NCBI RefSeq assembly: GCF_902459465.1
Contig: NC_047063.1
Span: forward strand, 1,116,001-1,180,000
Origin: Asterias rubens
Taxonomy: Eukaryota
Length of the DNA stretch: 64,000 bases
Direction: 5' to 3'
The position numbers and the translations under genes were made by a program. How positions within the stretch are numbered: the first letter of the stretch is position 1; each line of letters opens with the position of its first letter. Below, piece after piece: positions 45,978 through 57,400 of this stretch. The notes under the pieces are model-generated. The model saw only the letters and a list, made by a program, of their open reading frames with translations, searched no databases and was not told the origin of the DNA.

Positions 45978-48900
45978 TCAACTGGAGGTTGTATCTGTAC
46001 TCTTAGCTTGATTTAAACTGTCCCCCATTTCTTTGAGCAGTAGTGGTGTTACCTGCATCCTCAGTAATCTGCAACAAATATACAGGAAAGAGATTTCATA
46101 ATACGTCAGCGTCACAGCTGTAAATCCATGCGTATTTCTCCATTAAAGCTTGGTTCATACTTCCTGCACAATGAATAATTCCCAACAGTTGAATTGTGTT
46201 CAACACCTGCAAAACACATTCACTGCGAAATCAGAACCTTGACGTCAACACTTGATTTGCATTCACATTCAAAGGAAGTATGAACCGGGCTTGACACTTC
46301 TAAGACCGCACAATGGCCCATTTTTAGGGTCATTTACTCCCTTAAAAAAAACTACATTCTGCTCCTTTTCCTTCACTCTTTTTCACTTGACTGCTTCTAC
46401 TAAGTTTAATTTGTATTTGTGTGTTGCATTGTCATTAAGCCTCTGAGAAAGACTGGCAAGGGTCTTGAGGACATCAATAATTTGACATATTAATGTCTTT
46501 GAATCTTTATGACAGCTTGTAAAAAGGTGTGTAAGTTGACTTAATCTTGGTTTACTTACAATTCTTTCTGTCTGTCTTCTACTGCCTCCCTGCGAAGTCG
46601 TTTGTTTTTCTCTAAAAATGTCTCCCCTTGCATTTTCTGGACGCCCATTAGAGCAAGTCCAGCTGGAAGTCTGTCAAACCAAAGAAATGTTGTGAAATAT
46701 TACCCGTATGATACTTTTGGAGAAACGATTATTTTAAAAACTTCATCAGTGTCTAACCATTACATGTTATCCGAACTATAGATAAATTATGCCAGCCTGC
46801 AATTCGATATCACTTGATAAATGCATCTACAAAAAAAACAATCAATCTTTCTACTGTCTGACCATTCAATATTATATACTGTGGTTTTGAAAGAAAGATA
46901 AACTCATCTAGTATGCAACATTGTATGATATGGCGAATGCATCTGCAAAGTACACCGTCGACCCTCCTACTGTCTGACCATTCAATACCATCCACTTTGG
47001 TTTTGAATGGGTAATCTATGCCAGCCAGCAAGGAATCAATTACAGTAAACCTTCCTATTGTCCGACCATTAAATTTGAACAAATGTTGTTTCTTAATGAA
47101 AGAATAACTGAAGTTACAGACTGGACTTACCCAACAAGCACTCCCACAAACGCTCCGCCAACCAACCCCCTCAGTCCTAAGTTGAATCTGAACAGGGATC
47201 CTGTAATAGCTGTAGGGGGAAGGGTAAAAATCATTAAAAACAGACAGATGTAAATTGGTAAAAGACAACTAGCAATAAAACTGTGAAGAACTGAATGCTT
47301 TATAATAATATAGTGTTTGTTAACACAAGCACTTGGATCACTGTAAGTGCTGATTATTCTTCAGTTATGCAGAGCTATATATATATTTAAGTTCTGAGAC
47401 TCATATTGAGCACCTTGTTAAAGGTGATGCTGCAGCTAACCATGCCAGAAACACCAGGGCAAACCCCTTCTCAGATCTTTTACGTGCATTTCAAAGCAAA
47501 TTGGACCTCCAGCTTTGCATCCCATCCAAAGGACGAAGCAATTATGGTAAAGTGTTTTGCTTGGTTACCGTAGTGCCATGACTGGGACTCGAACCCTGGC
47601 AAGCACCAGAACTTATGAGAGTGCAAAATTACATAATCAAATTGTTATATGAAACGATAAAACATGCAGGAAACTCTAATTTATTACAACTTACCTGCAG
47701 CTGATACATAGTTGGTTAAGTCTTGCTTGTCCCTGTACAAACCAAGGCATGTACTGATTCCACTGTAAACACAATTCCAAAATAACAAACATTAATACAA
47801 ATCAAACAGGACCTCCATTTTGCATTACACTTTAAGATAAAGTCAAACCCATGTAACACTTCAATCAGCTTTTCAATCCACTTTTATATTATTAATTTAA
47901 TAATAAACATCAATCAGGCATTTTCCAACATTGTATCAAAGCGCCTTGCACTATCACTACCCCTGTTCATTGTGTCTTTAGCATCCTTAGAATCTCAACT
48001 CCTTTGGAGTATGCAGCACCATCAACCAAAATGGCGCACAGTTTGCTAATTATTCACATCAACAATCTCTACCCTTGCAGGTACCCATTTACTCCTGGGT
48101 GAAGAGAAGCAATTATAGTTGGTGCCTAACCCAAGTACACAAGTGTCACAACTGGGAATCGAGCCCACACCCTGGTGACTCAGCCATCAGAACTCATGAG
48201 TTCAATGCTCTAAACCACTTGGCCATGACACGCTATAAATTGACTGGTAAATATTTGACTTATTTAAAGCATGGAATTTTTACAATAAAAAAAGAAGCCC
48301 AGGCAGAATACACGGTTACTTACTGGAAGCCTGTTGCTAACACTGCTGTTCTCCATCCCCAACGATATCCGTAGCGAATGAGGCCTCTTGTGCCAGCATT
48401 ATAGGAAGCCCCCTGTGTGTTGGAAAATAAAAGAAAATGTAGAGACATATAAATTCTATAAAAGTTTCCTTTACCAATTCATGTTGGATGACGTGTATAT
48501 ACTGTATGCACATTTTTTCTAAACTGGCATACAGCAGACGCTTCTTATCGCCCAGAACAACTTCGGAATGCCTGGGCTTAGAGTGTTCCACAACCTTTGG
48601 GATACCACCCAGGCTGAGATGGTTACCATTAGCTTGCTTACCAAAACAAAACATAGGACCTATTTCTTAGAGCTGCTTGAACACAAAAACTAGATAAGCA
48701 CAACCCAAATTATGCTTACCAGATAAAATATTACCAGCCAAAATACCATCTCACATGTTTCATCTATGACTGGTATCCTGCTCATTTTTCGCTCAGCAGA
48801 AAACTGTTCAGCAATAGGCCTAAGTTCTGCTTCAGCAGCTCTATGACATACCGTTGCTTCAAGTCTACTGCTGTAGATTGCTGCATTGCTCTTTTCTATG

Positions 48901-50386
48901 TATCGTTCTCGGGCATGTCTGGATGCAGGGACACCACCATAGACGTAACCTCCTGCCATTCCCAGCACTGCCATCAGTACAAGCTCATGCAGCTCACGAG
49001 GTAGGTATCTATTATCTTTGCTGCCATTCAGAAATACAAAAGCAAAATGTTTGTGTGAAGAAGGCACTCAATATTAATACCTGGATAGAAATTCAGACAT
49101 TCTTGAGTGCGCTCCAAAGTTTTCAGATACTCTCAATCTCAGTTCTCTTTTGACAACAGGATCCATCTAGCACCCACTTTATGGAATATACTACCACAGT
49201 GTACTTGAGAGTGTCGGAACTGCAAAAGCTGTTATAATAGTGCCTTCGTTGTGTGAAGAGTCATTCAACCTTTGTTTATAGTGTCTGGAGTTAATCCAAA
49301 CTGGGGGCAAGTTTCAAACAATGTATCTAGTCTGCAAGGCAAACTGTTCAGTCTAGTGTGAGGCCTGGAATTACATGTAGGCCACATAGGCCATGGCCTC
49401 CGTTGCCCCTGGACTTGGCCTTGGTGCCTCTTCCATCAAAGAGTCAAAACTTTCCATAGACATTTTTGAGATTTTCCAATGGAAGTGCCCTTTGCATAAT
49501 GAAAATGGCCTTGTCCTCTCAAAGACGACATTCAAGACATACAGTCTTATTTACTAGATAATAAACTTACTCATACGTGTACGCTTCCTTCACCCTGTCC
49601 CATCCTGTTTCTTTTCTTTCCTTCGGGTGCTCATCCTTCATTCGATTCATCTCAGACTGAGCGAGGCTTGAAGAGATTGCCTGATAGTTGAGGAAACTAC
49701 ATGAAAAAGAGAGAATAAAAATCTATTTTAATGATCTTGTTCTCAGCTCAGCTACTATCATAGGATGACCAATGGCTGCTACTAATTATGGTTTTTTGTT
49801 CCTCTATTTGTAGCAGAACAACCTCATCATGTAAAGTTTTATCTAAATAAACCTATATAGACCTACTCCTCATTCTAAATAGGCCATACTGCTATAGTAC
49901 AACCATCAAATAGACCTATCCATTTAGCACCGCCCCATCATTGCGTATCGACCATTCACAACCCATTGCACAACCAAAAGTACGACATGCGTGGGCGTAT
50001 GCTTGGCGCGTGGCAGAGTTGTGCAGAATGGAGAGGCTCACATGTTCTTGCCCTGAATACGTATGCTCCGTGGGCGGAGCCTAATGGATCGGTGTATTGA
50101 TTTGATGCTACCAAACCAAGAAGATCCCCTACCAAGAAATACCCTAACATAATCATAGATTATATTAAAGGACAGTTTACTCTTGGCCATATCTGACCAT
50201 TAAAATTAATATTGCTAGGCCCTTTTGCATGCTTTGCTTTGACTCGGGCATGTTTGTTACTCTCTCTCTGACTCTGCTCTCACACTGACAGTGACACTGT
50301 CACGGCACCTAAAGTTACAAGTTACTACATCTTGATTGTTCTACCAACATGCATGTCCATGGTTCTAGTCCTTCTACCTCCATCAT
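45978..50386 (-). CDS. TIMMDC1: TIMMDC1 (Tim17/22/23-family complex I assembly factor), 8 coding exons, about 266 aa
   Basis: Exons 50386-50319 (least certain), 49696-49571, 49020-48852, 48412-48324, 47762-47695, 47209-47131, 46670-46560, 46068-45978 (801 nt). Motifs [69 protein letters not shown]. Confidence 0.92.
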
Positions 50387-51856
50387 AAGGTTATCGCGAT
50401 TCAGAAACGCAATGCATTGGGGACGGTTTCTATGCAGTTTCTATGACTCGCGCATGCAACGCCTATACCTTTGTGTGGGTTCAACAGCGCCCTCTCTTGA
50501 TATTTTGCTATTCGCGATAAACCTTATGAATATGATTGAACCATATCGTAGGAGGTCCTGTTTTCGAGGTGTCCCTAAAATCGTGGCAAATCTTTTACCT
50601 CTCTGTGCGCAATGTAAACAGTCCCTAGATAAAAATTGTGTGGTTTTATTTGCCAAGCAAAGAGTCTCCTCTCCCTTGACCAAAACTTAGAAACACGTAA
50701 GGCTCAACTTGTAAGTGCAAAAAGTTTGGTATTTTAGGCATTTCTACAAGGTACAAAAGTATGTCATAATGTTGAGGCCATATAAAAAATATTTGCCCAC
50801 CGAAAAAGTTTCATTAAACACTATTTCAATTCACAATTCATGATGATCAAATCATGTGACTTAATATTTTGCTGAGCATTCTGGAAACAAAATACAGAGG
50901 CTTAAAGAAGCCATGTGCCTTATATCATTTTCTAATATTTTTTGAGATTTTATTTTTTAACCCTCCGATCAATATTATTATTAATATTAAAATTTAAACG
51001 ATCAGCTTGTTGATTCAATTATCACTGTTTATTTATACGCTTTATTATAAATTTTAAGAAAAAAAAAGGGGAAAAAAATTAATAAAAATCAGATTTGAAA
51101 GCCAATGATTATTGACACTTTTTATTAAATTATTTATTTTTGTTATTTTTTGCAAATTACCATGGTAATTTAAAAATTTCATTAAAAAATATTTTGAATA
51201 AAACGAAGCCAACTGCTGGCTATAGAGTCATACACAGAGTCTCAAAGAACACTTGTAGTCACTGTAGATGTTTCTTCCATGTATGGCTTCACCGGGAAAC
51301 CATGCTTTCTTGTTTGCAGTGAAAACAGGAAAAACTCAAAACAAATAGGGCCAGTTGAAGTCATCGAAGATCGGTGTGTAGTGTGAACATTTCAATGTCC
51401 ATCAAGTTTTAATATATGTTTGCATACTTCATATTAACAAAAGAAGGTAATTAGGGCATCGGTTGATATAATTATAAGGCATCATTTTTTTTCTTCCCAA
51501 TTCAAAGAAAAAGGCATAGCGTGAAAACTGGTAAGGGGAGGATATATCAATTATCATATAATTCAGATAATTCAGATTCAGATGATTGAACCATTGACCA
51601 TTCATTCATTCCCCTTGACTTGTCCTTGTGTGGTGTGTAACACTGGAAATCAACCATTTGATTGCTCAACCCCCCAAACATTTAATTGCCACTAATCATC
51701 CCACCCCCTCCAAATTGTAAACTCTGGCACCGCCCCCTGTGTGGTTTTTTTGTGTGGGGGGGGGGGTCGGGGTGAGACTTAAGAACTTCAAATTAAAGAA
51801 TGAATTTTAATTTATAGACTGCCTGAAATAATACTGAAACTTTCGGAAAACAATTG

Positions 51857-54186
51857 AGGCCTTACCTCTATCTTTAGAACATGCTTGTTATTTGGGAACA
51901 TGTCACCGATTCAACTACAAAGTTTCACCATAGAGCTCTGTCCTTACTATGCTCTATGGTTTCACAGTCAGAAAAATTAACGGTGAACTAGTCGAGCGCC
52001 CTCACCCGGCCTGTTAATCGTACAATTTGTCTCGTTCTCACGGATATTTGCTCGTCCCCAGTGGTCCACTCTTGTGAGCATGTTGCACTGATGGCAGGGT
52101 ATGACTTAGGGATCGGGGGTCGATGGAATGTTAAGGCGAAAAGAAAAACTGTTCCTCGTATTTCTACAACGAAGCTTTTAAAGAAGCATTAAAATAAAAT
52201 TATAAATGGGCAACTTTTGAAAAGAATTTTGAGGCCTTACCTCTATCTTAATAATAATAATATTTGAGTTTATATAGCGCTTTTTCACTCCCGAATGGGT
52301 GTCTCAAAGCGCTTCAAATTATTACCCCTGGTCACTGGGCCTTAATTCACTCCTTAAACCATCTCAGCTCCCTGGGGAGTATACAGCCTCGTGCAACAAA
52401 TGCGCTACTCGGCTAAATCAATCACAAGAACCATCTCTGCCCTCACAGGTCCCCATTTACCCCTGGGTCGAGAGAAGCAATAATGGTTAAGTGTCTTGCT
52501 GTCACTGACACTGATTCAACCAACACAAATCCTAACGGTACCTTTTTTGGCGCAAAGTTAAAGTTTCTAATCTAACTGATGCACATGCATGACATGTGCA
52601 TACGACACTACAGGCTAGTGTTTAGTACAGCACATTCAGATAAAAGACAAAATTAACTGTGGACTAGTCGAGCCCCTCACACTGGCCTCATTGTCACCAT
52701 GCAATATATATCTTAGACTAGGCCCCTGCCTTTATCTGCAAGGATAAAGACAGGTCCCCACCGCTAAATCCAGCAATTCCATTGGATACAATGATATCAT
52801 TGGAAACGTGCAGTGACAAGCTTTCCATGCCCACTGAGTACATGTAAAATACATGCAGTACTGCCGCCTAGCCTTACTTCGTCGCGTATCTCATGATGAG
52901 GGAGGTCAAATGTCAAACTACACAGTGGTTATTTATGCCTGTGTGGCGGTTTCAGTCTTCTGTCGTGTTCAGTTGTCCGGGACTCGGTAGTAAAGCATAA
53001 CATTAATTGACTTCTTTCGTACTTGCTGTGCGCAGGCGTCGCATGGCGTAATGTTACCGTATTTCGTCATTCAGAAAACCGAACACGGCGGAAAGTTGAA
53101 ACCGCCACACGGGTCTCTGGCATTATCCCAGCCTCGAAGAATGGCGTCAGACGCTCAGGCTATATTGGGTGCGTTTCTTTAGCTTCCCTGGGTCGACCTC
53201 GGTACGTTGGAATAGCTTTGACCAGTTGACGGGGCTCAACCGGGTCAGGGCCCCCAGTGCCCTGCTTGTGGAGCGGGTCACTTGGGGGTGACTTGAGATG
53301 CATGCCGTCACCACGAGAGGGCGAATGTCAGTGACCGTTCAATTAGCTCGTTGGGGGCTCGCCCCGAGTGAGCTCTGCATGGTCGACCCAGGGAAGCTTA
53401 GCGAACGCACCCATTTATCTCGCTTGAAGAACAATTTTAACGGTGAACTAATCGAGCGCCCTCACCCAGGTCGTCAATCATGCAATTAATCTAATTCTCA
53501 CAGATATTTGCTCGTTCCCACATGCCCAGAGAGGTCCACTCTTGTGTGTTGCACTATTTGCAAGTATGATTCAGAGCGCGTAGTCAATGGAATGTTTAGG
53601 CAAAAAGATTACTCGTATTTCTACAATAATTTTTTGAAGCGTTGAACAACAAGCATTGAAAAAATAAATGGGCACCTTTTGTAAAGAATTTTGAGGCCTT
53701 AACTCTTTCTTAGAACATGCTTGTGATTTGGGACCATGTCACTGATTCAACCAAAGAATTTATAGTATTATTGATTCAACCAACACAAATCCCAAGTTTC
53801 TAAAATTAACATAGTGCATGCATATGTAATACAGCCATGAATACAGCACACACACATATCTGATAGAAAGAAAATTAACGGTGAACTAGTCGAGCCCCCT
53901 CACCGGCCTCATTGTGTCAACCATGCAATATTTATTTCGCTTGAAGAAAAATTAACGGCGAACTAGTCGAGCGCCCTCACCCGGCCTGTCAATCATGCAA
54001 CTAATCTCGTTCTCATGGATATTTGCTCGTCCCCAGATGTCCACTCTTGTGAGCATGTTGCACCGTAGGTATGACTTAGAGCGCGGGGGTCGATGGAATG
54101 TTTAGGTAAAAAGAAAAATTGTTACTCGTATTTCTACAACGAAGCTTTTAAAGAAGCATTGAAATAAATAAATGGGCAACTTTTGC
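51857..54186. repeat. Degenerate tandem duplication (about 520-bp unit, about 3 copies) interrupted by insertions
   Basis: Homologous cores at about 51972-52249, 53416-53780 and 53935-54186, all carrying AATTAACGGTGAACTAGTCGAGCGCCCTCACC. SINE at about 52249-52500 (-) and composite insertion at about 52708-53415. Confidence 0.85.
53167..53412. mobile_element. PIF/Harbinger-like MITE
   Basis: About 32-bp TIR GGGTGCGTTTCTTTAGCTTCCCTGGGTCGACC / GGTCGACCCAGGGAAGCTTAGCGAACGCACCC with 3-bp ATT duplication (53164-53166, 53413-53415). The uninterrupted site caatATTtat is visible in the sister repeat at about 53927. Confidence 0.8.
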
Positions 54187-54493
54187 GCATGTCAGTAACT
54201 TTTCATAATATTTTTGTTACCATAACTTTGTAGTAATATACCTGCGTTACATTTGTTGATTGTATGCAATTCATGTCGTTTAATTTATATATATATTATT
54301 ATAGGCATCCTTTTTGTTTCGAATAATAGTAATGTGCGACGACGAACTTTTTTTTTTAATGTGATCGCACAATGACACATGCGCGCGCACGCGTACTTAC
54401 ATATTTTTAGCCACTTTTCGACGATGATGAGGTGACGATTGTTAAAAGTTTGACTTAATAAAATTGGGCATTTTGCCACTTTTTCCTTTCAAT

Positions 54494-57400
54494 ATGGAGC
54501 TGGAAATAAATCAGTATCTAGCTCAACAACGAGAGATGGCAGGGGAGCAGGTTGATAACAGAAGAGATCGGTAAATAATTAGAAATTTGTGTGTAAAGTT
54601 TACCATTTATTTTTGTATTGATTAGGTAGTTAGTAGTTTTTCCTTTTTAGTTTTTGTGTGTTGCTTGCCGTCAACTCGCCGTCAACTCACTTTTGCCGTC
54701 AACTCGCCGTCAAATCAGCCAACATACATTTAAAATCAACTCAGCCAACATACATTTAAAATCCACATAAGAAGCATAGAACTGTAAAGTATCAGCTCAA
54801 AGTTTTAGGTCATATTTCGGAGTTAAAAATTGAGTTTTATTCTTGTGAAAAAATTATCTCGAAGCAGCAAAACCGTCGGCCGCCATCTTCTTGCTTTTTA
54901 ACATTGATTAGTCTTGGCCCAAGATGTCAATGATTGGTACTTTTTTTTATCAACTCAAAGTCGTTTTTGTGAATGAATTTTTACCGAAAATCATGAGAAA
55001 TATGTAGTTTAGCCCAGACTTAACACTTCCGTGCCCCTTTTATAGATTTTTCATGTAAATTTAATGAGTTGACGGCATGAAAATGAGTTGACGGCAAGTC
55101 GGCGAGTACTTCTAGAAACTATAAGGCTCCCCTGTGAGCCTTATTATAGGGGTCACATATTTAGGGCTTTTTTAACGCTATACGTTTTTCAAATCGGCGT
55201 TGATGGGTGAAAGTTTTGCGACCGTTAGCCAGCCAGAACTGAAGTTTCCTGTTGTACTGTACACCTAAAGCATTCCCCATTCTACTCAATATACATTCAT
55301 AATGCTTGTATTTCCCTTTTGTTGAGTTACGTTCAATAATTTTTTCAAAAAAGGAAATTTTCTACTCGGTACTCACTTTTTTTCCTGCCGCATCGCACGT
55401 CTTTTGACTTCTCAATAATGCTCAACGCTTTATCTTTTGGTCACTCGACCACCAAGCGCTGTACACCAGCCTACTTGCCGAACTGCCAAGCCACCACCAA
55501 ATTGGACTAAACCATTCTGTGAGAGGGGTGTTACAAACCCGTGCAGCAGTGTGTGGGCGCTTTATGCGTGAATGGCGGGTTTTATTGTAAACAAACAACC
55601 CGCAACCCCCTCAACCCGCATATAGTAACGAAAGGAAATGTTCGCCATTCGTATTTATATATATAATGGTTGACGCTCGACCGTAAAAGCTTGATTTGCC
55701 AAGTGCTTGCTTGCTGTTATCTAAGAGTTGCTGAGGTTTGTCAAAGTCTGGTGTTTCATTATGATTATTCCACTACGATTAAATATATCACTGGTGTTTT
55801 ATATCGCAGAGGGCAAGACTACAGCTGGGAAAGAAATCAAGCCAGAGACCGGCGACGACATCGCTCCAGACCGAGTCGATTTAATGACATAGATGATCGA
55901 GTGAAGCAGCATTCAGGAAACTATGACAATGCTGAAAGGAGAGATTGCAGAGAACAAGAAGTAAATATTGGATTTCATGATTTATATCTAGCCCTTAACT
56001 TGCCAAATGCAACAAAATGCACCACTTGATAAAGGTTGTTGTTTAGAGCCTTCTAATTGACATCACATTTTCTTAGAGATGCAGGAGGTAGCCATGTTGG
56101 AGTATTATGCACATTTTTGAAAATATACCCAGTACCATCCACCGTTGCGTATCGTAGCATGTTAAGTTCTAGTGACACATATTTTGGGCATGTCTACCGA
56201 CAAAATCCCATGGACGCTTTTAAAACGAGTTTTCCAGGCCTTCAATTATGGTTTCGTAAAAACTTATGTGTGTGAAAACAGATTTACCTCATGTGAAATT
56301 TATCTCCCCAGAGCTCCAGACGCGAAGAGAATTATGAAGACAGAATACCTAACAGTAGGTTTGAAGATAGATATGAAGAGGAATCCGGGAGGTACTCAAG
56401 AAGCGAAGACAGATCTTACCGCAGCAGATATGATGAGAGATACGATGAGAACGACAGATACAGTGACAGACACAGTGACAGACATAGTGAGAGACACAGT
56501 GAGAGAGGGGATGAAAGAAGGGGTCGCAGACGCATTGAGAGAAACGGCAACCGAGCAGATGATGATGATAGATATGGAGAGAGCAGGGAGCGTGGAGGAT
56601 CGTCCAAGAAGGAGAAACCAAGTCGGACAGTCATGCTGAAGGGTCTAAATAGTTTAGTTACTGACCATGATGTAAGTACACAACCCTTAACTGTAAAACC
56701 CGGTTCATACTTCCTGCAAATACCTATGCATTTTCAAAACTAATTTTGACCTAATTTTCACAGCAAATTTTTTGCAGGAGTTGCGAACTATTTGCTGTGA
56801 AATTGTGACGCCAAAATTTGTATCGCATTCCCAGGCGCAGGGAGTATAAAACGGGCTTAAGTCTTGCTGGGAACTTTCTTGTGTCCAAAGAATGCATCAA
56901 TTAAATCCGGTCAAACTGGGAGAAATATATATTTGCACATGGGTCTACAATCCTCTTTTTTTTTTTTTTGGCTCCCCCATTTTCTTTTTCACTCGGAAGC
57001 ATTTTTACTACCCTGAAAGATGCACAACATTTTCAGTATGTGAGCAAAAAAACGAAAGCAGATTTTGAAACATCAAACACTCAAATATGTTATGTCCTTG
57101 AATGGTTGTATTTCTGCCCACAGGCCCGGAATTTTAAGGGGGTCACAGTCTTGGCCTTAATGCCCATTTAAAAGTTTCCCATAGACTGTAAGATTTTCCA
57201 ATGAAAGTGCCCTTTTCAAAATGAAAATGGCCTTGCCCTCTCAAAGATAAAATTAAAGTCCGTGCCCATATTGACAGTGTTTTCCATGTCAAAGATTAAT
57301 AAATCTTGGGAAGTCAGTTGTCGCCTATTGTTACAGAGACGTACTACCATTGGAATTAATATATCTCAAACATTTTCTTTTCTAAAATCACAACCTTCCA

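Noticed and set aside
52720-53415. Telomerase RNA, RNase P or RNase MRP RNA (ACGGGGCTCA and GTTCAAT-like words)
   Set aside because: No TAACCC template on either strand and no GAAAGUCCCC or GGAAGGUC CR-I/P4 partner; the long closing stem has a TSD and is better explained as MITE TIRs.
56172-56639. Alternative-frame and antisense ORFs over RBM5/10 exon 3
   Set aside because: By-products of the repetitive RD/SDRH-coding sequence; the spliced frame leads into RRM1.
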